NCBI GenBank assembly: GCA_050115495.1 | Contig: JASFQK010000018.1 | Span: 1-64,000 of the forward strand | Source of the DNA: Phycisphaerae bacterium | GTDB lineage: Bacteria; Planctomycetota; Phycisphaerae; UBA1845; Fen-1342 | Length of the DNA stretch: 64,000 bases | Direction: 5' to 3' | In this document: positions 38,745 to 46,756 of the stretch, piece after piece | Numbering within the stretch: the stretch's first letter is position 1 | Layout of the letters: each line of letters begins with the position of its first letter | Program-made: the position numbers and the translations under genes | Notes under the pieces: model-generated | Seen by the model: the letters and a program-made list of their open reading frames with translations, nothing else | Database searches by the model: none | Told to the model about the DNA's origin: nothing

Positions 38745-39140
38745 ATGAAGTTCGACCTGCATGAAGCCAGCCCGGGATTCGTGGTGCTCACCTGTAACGG
38801 CGGCCTGTCCTGGGAGGACCGTGAGTTGCTCTCCGCCAGCGTCGAGCAGTACCTGGTGGGACGGGAGAGTATCCGCGGACTGGCTCTGGACATGTCGCAG
38901 GTCGAGTTCGTCAACTCCGCCGGATTGGGCGCCCTGTTCCAACTCGTGCAGCGGCTTCGCAGTCGCGGGGGCCGGCTGGCGTATGCGGCGGTGCCGGCGA
39001 CGATTCGGCGGCTGCTGAGCACGGTGGGGATGGAGCGCCTGGCGTTGTTCGCGGAGAACATCCCGGAGGCGCTGCAGCTGCTGGCCGAGCAGGAGCAACC
39101 CGCCGCCGAGGGGAACCCGGGGCAGGATGCGAACACGTAG
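38745..39140 (+). CDS. STAS-domain anti-sigma factor antagonist
   Basis: LDMSQVEFVNSAGLGAL phospho-Ser motif. Confidence 0.88.
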   Translation: MKFDLHEASPGFVVLTCNGGLSWEDRELLSASVEQYLVGRESIRGLALDMSQVEFVNSAGLGALFQLVQRLRSRGGRLAYAAVPATIRRLLSTVGMERLALFAENIPEALQLLAEQEQPAAEGNPGQDANT

Positions 39141-39196
39141 AGCCGTGTGGGCGGACCCGGGCGCGGGGCCGCCGCCATCTGTGAGGAGACCCGTTC

Positions 39197-40486
39197 ATGC
39201 CGTTCATGTCGCCTCCCGAGACCCGTTCGGGGTCGCCGGCTGATGCTGCCGGCGCGAACCAGCCTGGCCGCCTGTTCAACGCCGAGGATTTCGCGGTCGC
39301 CGACCTGGCTCCGCCGGAGATCTGGAACCGCATCACGACCATCGCGGTGCGGGAGCGGGCCAGCGACGTGCACGTCAGCTTCCACAACGAGACGGCGCAG
39401 GTTGCGGTGCGCCTGGACGGCCGCGTTTGCCCGCAGGGCACGCTGCCGCTCGACCTCGGTCAGCGGCTGGTGAACCACATCAAAGTGACGGCGAACCTCG
39501 ACCCGGCGGAGCGTCGCCGGCCGCAGGATGGCCGTATCGCCGCCGAGATCGACGGGCGGATGGTGGATCTGCGCATCTCGCTGTTCCCGACGAATCACGG
39601 GGAGAGCGTGGCGGTCCGCGTGCAGGATCGCGAAGCCGCGCTGCTCGACATGGAGCACCTCGGCATGGGCACGCAGCAACTGAACGAGCTGTCGTCGCTC
39701 ATCGACGCGCCCAGCGGATTGGTGCTGGTGACCGGTCCGACCGGGGCGGGCAAGACGACGACGTTGTATTCGCTGCTCCGCCGGCTGGCCGACGGCTCGC
39801 GGAAGATCATCACGGTCGAGAACCCGATCGAGTATGACCTGCCCGGCGTCGAGCAGTCCGAAGTGAACTACAAGATCGGTGTGGACTACGCCAGCCTGGT
39901 GCGGGCGGGTCTGCGGCACGATCCGAATATCCTCATGATCGGCGAGGTTCGCGACGCCGAGACGGCCCAGGCGGTCGTCCGGGCGGCGAACTCCGGCCGG
40001 TTGGTCTTCGCCACGACGCACGCGGTGCAGGCGGCGGCGGCCGTCGAGAGCCTGGTGGCCCTTGGGGCGCATCCGCATTTCGTGGGCCGCTCGTTCCGTG
40101 GAGCGATCGCCCAGACGCTGGTCCGCCGGCTGTGCCCGTATTGCACGGTGCCGCTGGCCGAGACGGCGGACGCGTCGCTGCTGTCCGAAGTGCGTCACCT
40201 GCTCGAATCGCACGAGCAGCCGACGTTGTCGATGGGCCGCGGCTGTCCGCATTGCCGGCACACCGGCTATCGCGGTCGGCTGGGCGTCTTCGAGATCCTG
40301 GTGGCCAACGAGCCGATCCGCGAGATGATCGGCCGCGGCGCCCCGGCCCGCGAGATCTACGACACTGCTCGCCAGAGCAAGATGGTCACCATCGACCAGG
40401 CCGCCAAACTCGCCGCCCTCCGCGGCCTGACGACGATCGAAGAGCTCATCCAGAACGTCTCGGAGCTCTGGACGACGAACGGGTAG
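39197..40486 (+). CDS. GspE/PilB-family secretion ATPase (no N-terminal extension)
   Basis: ASDVH, RRPQDG, GPTGAGKTTTLY, ENPIE, LRHDP..GEVRD, CPYC..CPHC, GYRGR. Confidence 0.92.
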   Translation: MPFMSPPETRSGSPADAAGANQPGRLFNAEDFAVADLAPPEIWNRITTIAVRERASDVHVSFHNETAQVAVRLDGRVCPQGTLPLDLGQRLVNHIKVTANLDPAERRRPQDGRIAAEIDGRMVDLRISLFPTNHGESVAVRVQDREAALLDMEHLGMGTQQLNELSSLIDAPSGLVLVTGPTGAGKTTTLYSLLRRLADGSRKIITVENPIEYDLPGVEQSEVNYKIGVDYASLVRAGLRHDPNILMIGEVRDAETAQAVVRAANSGRLVFATTHAVQAAAAVESLVALGAHPHFVGRSFRGAIAQTLVRRLCPYCTVPLAETADASLLSEVRHLLESHEQPTLSMGRGCPHCRHTGYRGRLGVFEILVANEPIREMIGRGAPAREIYDTARQSKMVTIDQAAKLAALRGLTTIEELIQNVSELWTTNG

Positions 40487-40547
40487 GCGATCGGCCGGCG
40501 ATATCCCCACCTTCGCAGTGATGCGCGCGGTTCGCTACAATCGCGCC

Positions 40548-41930
40548 ATGCGCATCGCCATCGCTCAGACTCCCGGCACGCGGCTGGAGGAGTGGCCGCG
40601 GACGCGAGCCATCGTCGTTGATCTGCTGTCGCGGGCGGCGGATCTGCGGGCGGACGTCGTCCTGCTACCGGAGTGTGTCTGGCCGGCATACTACATCGGC
40701 TCGTCGGCGGCCTACTTCGCCGCTCGCGAGGCCGGCCTGCCCGATCCGCAGCACTTCCTCGATCTGCTGAGCGAGCACGCCCGCCGGCTGCGGCTGGCTA
40801 TCTGCGCGGGGTACATCGAAGAGCAGGGGGGCGGACTGGCCAACACCGCCGGCATCATCGGGGCGGATGGTCGGCTGTGCGGGGTACACCGCAAGTGCTT
40901 CCTTTGGGACTTCGATCACGAGTTCTTCCGCCCGGGCGATGGCGTGACGCCCATCGAGACGCCGTTCGGCACGGTCGGCGTGATGATCTGCGCCGACGCC
41001 CGGTTGCCGGAGATCGCCGCCTCGCTGGCGGCCCGTGGCGCCCGGCTGATCCTTCAACCAACGGCGTGGGTGAACGTTGGGACCGCCGACCGGCTGAGCA
41101 ATCCGCAGCCGGAGTTCCTGATCGCCGCCCGCGCCTGCGAACTGGGCGTGCCGATCGCGTCGGCGAGCAAGTGGGGGTGCGAGGGCGAGACGACGCTGGT
41201 TGGTTCGAGCCTGATCTGTGACGCAGACGGCGCCATTCTGGCGCAGGCTGGCACAGCGGAGACCACCGTACTCGTGGCCGACGTGGAGCCCCGAACGCCG
41301 AAGCCTCTGATGCTGACGGCTGCGCAGCGAACAGCGCTGCTCACGCCGGCCGCGCCGGCGCCGCCACGAGCGGACGTACCACCGCTCGCGTTGGTACCGC
41401 TCCCGATGGGCGCAGACGAGGAGACGTGCCGGTCCGTGGCGGCGTCGCAGTCCGGGCCGGGGCGCCCCGTGCTGGCGGTTGGGTGGCAAGAGGAAGAGGC
41501 GGGACGGGCACGTGGCGCCGCCGGCGCCAGCGGGGCGCACGCTGCCGTCATCTGTCGCACGCTGCCGGCGCCGCTGGACGTTGACGGTATCCGTATCGCA
41601 ACGCTCGAAGGTCCTGAAGTCCGAGGGTTCGCGGCGGCGCGCGTGCTGACGCTCGGCGGCGTGCACGTCGTGGTTGTCCTGGATGCGGACGTGCCGCCGG
41701 CGCTGCTGCGCGCCAGAGCCTGCGAGAACCGGATCTTCGTGGTCGCGATCAACGCCGACGGGTGGCGCGTATTCGACCCGCGCGGGCAAACGGCGGGGGC
41801 GGGAACATGGTCTCCGGTCGGCTCCGAGAAGACGGGCGCCGTGCTCGATGTGGGCTCGGCAGCCGACAAGCGGTTCGCTCGCAATACAGATCTGCTGAGC
41901 GGCCGCCGACCCGCGCAGTATGCGGTCTAG
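40548..41930 (+). CDS. Carbon-nitrogen hydrolase (nitrilase superfamily) with a degenerate second domain
   Basis: LPEC / HRK / MICAD catalytic E-K-C triad; C-terminal half repeats RARACENRIFV..DPRG. Confidence 0.85.
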   Translation: MRIAIAQTPGTRLEEWPRTRAIVVDLLSRAADLRADVVLLPECVWPAYYIGSSAAYFAAREAGLPDPQHFLDLLSEHARRLRLAICAGYIEEQGGGLANTAGIIGADGRLCGVHRKCFLWDFDHEFFRPGDGVTPIETPFGTVGVMICADARLPEIAASLAARGARLILQPTAWVNVGTADRLSNPQPEFLIAARACELGVPIASASKWGCEGETTLVGSSLICDADGAILAQAGTAETTVLVADVEPRTPKPLMLTAAQRTALLTPAAPAPPRADVPPLALVPLPMGADEETCRSVAASQSGPGRPVLAVGWQEEEAGRARGAAGASGAHAAVICRTLPAPLDVDGIRIATLEGPEVRGFAAARVLTLGGVHVVVVLDADVPPALLRARACENRIFVVAINADGWRVFDPRGQTAGAGTWSPVGSEKTGAVLDVGSAADKRFARNTDLLSGRRPAQYAV

Positions 41931-41984
41931 GCTGCGCCGGAGGGGATTCTGGCGATATCAGGTATATACCCGATCAAACACCTC

Positions 41985-42013
41985 TTGTGGTTGACTTGGC
42001 GTGCTGTTAGGCT
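41985..42013 (+). promoter_or_regulatory. Putative promoter of PEP-CTERM gene 1
   Basis: TTGTGG-17 nt-TAGGCT; same architecture at 43530 and 45190. Confidence 0.55.
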
Positions 42014-42378
42014 AAGAACATCATGTGAGGAGAGCGGGGTGAGGGCTCCACAGCGAGGAGAGAGGAGTCCCCTCGACCGCTAGAGCGGCTCGATGCAAGC
42101 ATTTCCGTCGGCCGCGCCATAGACGTCAGGCGTCCACCGGGCGCCGAGTGTTACGGACCAAGTCTTCGCAGGCGGGTCGCCGGGCGGCGATTCGTCAGCA
42201 TCTTTGGTGTCTGGACGGTCCCTGAGGTGCCATCGCCTTTCGGGTAGTCGATGTCTTGTACGGAAAGGAGGCGCTCATTGGAGCAAGCCGGCCCGGCCGG
42301 ATCAGCCGTGTATGCGTGTTCCGGCGGGCCTCCCCAGGTGGTTCCGCAAGTTGGTTCTGATGTAGAGGAGGAGAGTCC

Positions 42379-43239
42379 ATGATGAAGGGGCTTGTACTGT
42401 GTATTGCCGGCCTGTTCCTGGCCGGTGTGTCGTATGCTGACCTGAACCTCGACTCGGATCTGGGCACGTTGGGTGTGGGTGACTACAACCTGACGGGGAC
42501 CACGGCTGGCATGCCGAATAACTGCGACTACTATGATGGTTGCAGCTACAACGAGTCGTTGGGCGAGTACGTGTACTCGTTCACCATTACGTCGACGATG
42601 CAGATCAGCTTGACGTCCAACTCGTCTGGTAACCCTGACCACGACCAGTTCCTGCTGGACAGCCTGGTGACGTACAACGACGGGACGTACAACCGTTCGG
42701 CGAACATGCTCAACTACGTCGACGAAAGCGGCGCTTTCGGCCGCTTCGAGGCAGGCACGTACTACCTGTCCGTCGATACGTATTACAGCACTCCCGAGGG
42801 GCCGTACGACATCACGCTGTCGTTGGTGCCGGGCCTGACGATGGCCGAAGCTTCGCTCGGTGTCGTCGCTGCCGGTACGTGCGTCAATGGCGACATCACC
42901 GGGCATACGGACAACTTCGGTTGGGACGAGGGCTACGGCGACGACGTTTGGACGATCGAGCACGCCGGTGGCGAGGCGATCCTCGACCTGACGTGGGCGG
43001 GCCTGCCAGATGGTCCGGATATCGATCTGCGGCTGTATGACGTGAACGAGGTGGAGGTCGAGAGCTCCTTGGGTGTTCCCGGTCCTGAGAACATCACGAT
43101 TGCCGATCTGGCGGCCGGGACGTACTACGCGCTCGTCGACGGCTACGGCGGCGAAGACGCGTATACACTGTGCTACACGCCGGAGCCGACCGCGCTGCTG
43201 CTGCTGGCGGTGGCCGGTTTGGCGCTGCGTCGGCGTTAG
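42379..43239 (+). CDS. PEP-CTERM surface protein 1 (two PPC-like beta domains, A+B)
   Basis: Signal peptide (VSYA-D); GTYYLSVD and GTYYALVD modules; TPEPTALLLLAVAGLALRRR; RBS GAGGAG. Confidence 0.9.
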   Translation: MMKGLVLCIAGLFLAGVSYADLNLDSDLGTLGVGDYNLTGTTAGMPNNCDYYDGCSYNESLGEYVYSFTITSTMQISLTSNSSGNPDHDQFLLDSLVTYNDGTYNRSANMLNYVDESGAFGRFEAGTYYLSVDTYYSTPEGPYDITLSLVPGLTMAEASLGVVAAGTCVNGDITGHTDNFGWDEGYGDDVWTIEHAGGEAILDLTWAGLPDGPDIDLRLYDVNEVEVESSLGVPGPENITIADLAAGTYYALVDGYGGEDAYTLCYTPEPTALLLLAVAGLALRRR

Positions 43240-43249
43240 GGCTGACGAA

Positions 43250-43329
43250 ACGCGCTGTCCTTCGTGACGGCGTGTGAGACTGCCAATCGGAGAAGGAGGC
43301 CTTCGGCACCGGGGGCCTCCTTCCTCTTT
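43250..43329 (+). terminator. 3' hairpin plus intrinsic terminator
   Basis: ACGCGCTGTC/GACGGCGTGT stem, then GAAGGAGGCC/GGCCTCCTTC stem with CTCTTT. Confidence 0.75.
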
Positions 43330-43529
43330 GGCGGCGGCGCGCGTTATCGAGGCGGCTGGGCAGGAGCGAAGGGCAGGAAGGCGACCGCCGACGAGCCCGA
43401 GGATCAGCTCGTCAGCCGACATGGCATTCGTCAATCATATTGGCCGGCTGAGCGGCCGCGAGTCAATCCAATCCGGACGCTGATTCGCTTCGACTGCGAC
43501 GTTGCAGGCATTCACCCCATTGATTGTCC

Positions 43530-43558
43530 TTGTAGTTCCGTTGCCGGGTCGTTAAGCT
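43530..43558 (+). promoter_or_regulatory. Putative promoter of PEP-CTERM gene 2
   Basis: TTGTAG-17 nt-TAAGCT; spacer GTTGCCGG shared with the gene 3 promoter. Confidence 0.55.
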
Positions 43559-43936
43559 GGTATTTAGCATGCGACGAATGCGGGGCGAGGCTTCTCCACC
43601 GAGGACGGAGGCGCACGTCCCCGCGCAGTCACGGCGGCGCGGTGTTTGCGTGCGTGTACGACACCGTCCGTGCAGCGCGTCTTTCAGACGACGCTCACGG
43701 TGAGGCAGCTCTTTCTGGTGAACCCGCGGGCCCGGGTGCGCCGCGGCGCTCGTGCATGTCGCGAACGCGAATCAGTGATCGCCCCCCAAGTCATGAATGC
43801 CCTTGATGGGAAGGAGGAGTCGCGAAACACGTTTGGACGAGGAATGTGCGGCCGGACGGCGCGTTTCGGATACAGCCGTTGCGGCCGTGGGGACTGGAGT
43901 CACTCGGTTCGTTCGAATGAGAAGGAGGAGATCAAT

Positions 43937-44920
43937 ATGAAGAGAGTGTTGGCACTATGTGTCGTCGGCTTGTTCCTGGCCGGAGTGTCGAATGCCGATC
44001 TGACCCTAAATGAGAGCCTCGGCACGCTCGTTGAAGGAAGCTACAACCTGACGGGCACCACGGTCGGCATGCCGACCAACTGCGACTTCTACGACGGCTG
44101 CTCGTACAACGAGAGCTTGGGCGAGTACGTTTACTCGTTCACGATCGGCGCGACGATGAACATCAGTATGACGTCCGTGTCCGGCGTCGGTGGTGATAAC
44201 GACCAGTTCCTGCTCGACAGCCTGGTGACGTACAACGACGGGACGTACAACCGCTCGGCGAACATGCTGTCCTACGTGGATGAAAACGGCGGATTCGGCC
44301 AGTACTTGCCTGGCACGTACTATCTGTCGGTCGACACGTACAACAACAGCACCGAGGGTCTGTACGACATCACCCTGACGTTCGAAGAGATCGTCCAGCT
44401 TCAGTACGTCTGGTTCCATGACTTCGAGGGCGGTTTGCCCGCCGGCTGGACGGTGGTCGAGAACGGCGACGTGGGCGGCATCTGGAAGACGAACACCGAG
44501 TGGAGCCGCGCCAACGAGGCCGGCGCCGGCCTGTGCATGGACGCCGACTCCGACGCGTTCGGAACCGGCTCCAAGCTGATGGACACCGAGCTGGTTACGC
44601 CGATGTTCAACGTGCCGGCGGATGCGACGTTCGAGTTCGACCAGTACTACCGTCACCTCGGGACGAGCTACGGCGACGTCGACATCAACGACGGTCGCGG
44701 CTGGGTGAACCTGTTGCACCAGACCGCGAGCTCGCCGCAGTACGATCACCAGTCACTTGACCTGTCGGCCTATGCCGGTCAGGACGTTCAGATTCGGTTC
44801 CACTTTGACGACAACGCCGAGTACGACTGGTACTGGGAAGTCGACAATGTGGGTGTGACGCCCGAGCCTGCTGCGCTGCTGCTGCTGGCGGTGGCCGGTC
44901 TGGCGCTGCGTCGGCGTTAG
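43937..44920 (+). CDS. PEP-CTERM surface protein 2 (domain A plus cleaved-adhesin/choice-of-anchor J-like domain)
   Basis: N-half homologous to gene 1; C-half HDFEGGLPAGW..ELVTP..DLSAYAGQDVQIRF..VDNV; TPEP tail. Confidence 0.9.
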   Translation: MKRVLALCVVGLFLAGVSNADLTLNESLGTLVEGSYNLTGTTVGMPTNCDFYDGCSYNESLGEYVYSFTIGATMNISMTSVSGVGGDNDQFLLDSLVTYNDGTYNRSANMLSYVDENGGFGQYLPGTYYLSVDTYNNSTEGLYDITLTFEEIVQLQYVWFHDFEGGLPAGWTVVENGDVGGIWKTNTEWSRANEAGAGLCMDADSDAFGTGSKLMDTELVTPMFNVPADATFEFDQYYRHLGTSYGDVDINDGRGWVNLLHQTASSPQYDHQSLDLSAYAGQDVQIRFHFDDNAEYDWYWEVDNVGVTPEPAALLLLAVAGLALRRR

Positions 44921-44931
44921 AGCGGACGAGC

Positions 44932-45015
44932 CGCGCCGCCCACCAGGGTGGTGTGTGAGAACGTGATAGACGGAGGGAACTTCCCCCCGCGGGGGGGGCC
45001 TTCGTCTCTTTTTTT
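44932..45015 (+). terminator. 3' hairpin plus intrinsic terminator
   Basis: CGCGCCGCCC/GGGTGGTGTG stem, then AGACGGAGG..CCTTCGTCT stem with a T7 tail. Confidence 0.75.
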
Positions 45016-45189
45016 GCGCACGGCCTGGGGGCGCAACCGTTCACGGGATTCGGGGTGGAAAGGGGGCGGCATGGGGTAATCCGTGGGTTATCGGAAGCAG
45101 TAGATTGCTCCGCCGGCCCGAGAATGTGCGCCGTAAGTCATTTCTGCCGCCGTTTTTGCGCTTTCTGACACATTAGCACCGCAATTCCG

Positions 45190-45218
45190 TTGCGACAGGG
45201 TTGCCGGATGGCTAACCT
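45190..45218 (+). promoter_or_regulatory. Putative promoter of PEP-CTERM gene 3
   Basis: TTGCGA-17 nt-TAACCT. Confidence 0.55.
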
Positions 45219-45546
45219 AAGCTTAGCAAGTTGTATAGTCGACGGTTAGGGCTCGCGGCAGAGGAAAGAGGAGAGCCCCTTGTACGAGTAGTACTCGGTT
45301 CGCCGGCTTGTGCCGGGTGCCGTGCCTTCTGGGCAGTCGGTCTGTGGCCGGTTGCCCGTGATCGGTGCCAGGGAGCGGTCACGAAGGAGTGGCTGCTCGT
45401 CGAGCAGTTCGGGCGTTTTAGGGAAAGGAGGAGTTGATTACGGGGAGAAGGTCAGCTCGCCGGGGCAAGAGTCAACTCAAAGTTGCCCACGACGAGCGTT
45501 TTACGGAGTTCCGTGAGTGAATTCTGGATTGAGAGGAGGAGCGTTC

Positions 45547-46410
45547 ATGAAGAGAGCATTGGTGCTTTGTGTTGCCGGCCTGTTCCTGGCCGGTGTGTCG
45601 TATGCTGACCTGAACCTGGATCAGGACCTGGGCACGCTTGGTGTGGGTGACTACAACCTGACCGGGACCACTTCCGGCATGCCGAATAACTGCGACTACT
45701 ATGACGGTTGCACCTACGAGGAGTCACTGGGCGAGTACGTGTACTCGTTCACCATCACGTCGATGATGCAGATCAGCTTGACGTCCAACACGAGTGGTAA
45801 CCCCGATCACGACCAGTTCCTGCTGGACAGCCTGGCGACGTACAACGACGGGACGTACAACCGCTCGGCAAACATGCTCAACTACGTCGACGAAAGCGGC
45901 GCTTTTGGCAACTACGGGCCGGGTACGTACTACCTGTCCGTCGATACGTATCACAGCACTCCCGTGGGGGCGTACGACATCACGTTGTCGTTCGCGGACG
46001 CCACGACGATGGCCGACGCGTCGCTCGGCGTCGTTGCCGCCGGCACGTGCGTCAACGGTGACATCCGCGGGCACACGGACAACTTCGGTTGGGACGAGGG
46101 CTACGGCGACGACGTCTGGACGATCGAGCACGCCGGTGGCGAGGCGATCCTCGACCTGACGTGGGCGGGTCTGCCCGATGGTCCGGATATCGACCTCTGG
46201 CTGTATGACGTAAACGAGGCCGAGGTCGCGCACTCCTGGGCAACCCCCGGGCCGGAAAGCATCGTGATCGACGATCTGGCGGCCGGGACGTACTACGCGC
46301 TCGTCGACGGCTACGACGGCGAAGACGCCTACGAGCTGTGCTACAACATCCCGGAGCCGACCGCACTGGCGCTGCTGCTGGTGGCCGGTCTGGCCTTGCG
46401 TCGGCGCTAG
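45547..46410 (+). CDS. PEP-CTERM surface protein 3 (A+B, close paralogue of gene 1)
   Basis: Long DNA-identical tracts with 42379-43239; IPEPTALALLLVAGLALRRR. Confidence 0.9.
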   Translation: MKRALVLCVAGLFLAGVSYADLNLDQDLGTLGVGDYNLTGTTSGMPNNCDYYDGCTYEESLGEYVYSFTITSMMQISLTSNTSGNPDHDQFLLDSLATYNDGTYNRSANMLNYVDESGAFGNYGPGTYYLSVDTYHSTPVGAYDITLSFADATTMADASLGVVAAGTCVNGDIRGHTDNFGWDEGYGDDVWTIEHAGGEAILDLTWAGLPDGPDIDLWLYDVNEAEVAHSWATPGPESIVIDDLAAGTYYALVDGYDGEDAYELCYNIPEPTALALLLVAGLALRRR

Positions 46411-46419
46411 AGCTGACAA

Positions 46420-46500
46420 CACGCGCTGCCTTCTATGACAGCGCGTGAGGCTGCGAATGAGAGAAGGAGGTCTTCGTCACCGAGGGCCTCCTTCTTCTTT
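46420..46500 (+). terminator. 3' hairpin plus intrinsic terminator
   Basis: CACGCGCTG/CAGCGCGTG stem, then AGAAGGAGG..CCTCCTTCT with TCTTT. Confidence 0.75.
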
Positions 46501-46756
46501 GGGGGCGACGGGGCGGATCAGCCGTCGGTTGGCCGGGGCAGGGGCGTCTTTGCGGGCATGCTGGAGGAAACGGACCTGAAAAAAGGCCGACCGGCGGGTT
46601 GCCCGCCGTGATCGGCGGTGCCTAGAACTCTCATGGAGACGGGATCGAGACAGGGGCACTGTGGCTTCGCCTCCGGCCGTCCGTGACGCCGGAGAGATGC
46701 CTCGTGTGCGCCATCTGTTGGTTGGGTCGTGGAGATTCCCTGCGGAGGAAGATGCG

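Noticed and set aside
37832..40510. 1146-aa minus-strand ORF that looks like a giant PdxJ fusion
   Set aside because: Only the last 253 aa are PdxJ, with its own GGAGG RBS at 37831. The rest is the antisense shadow of the plus-strand membrane, STAS and PilB genes in high-GC DNA.
42379..46410. Diversity-generating retroelement (TR/VR) explanation for the similarity of genes 1 and 3
   Set aside because: Differences are not adenine-specific, both copies are full genes with their own signals, and there is no reverse transcriptase in the window.
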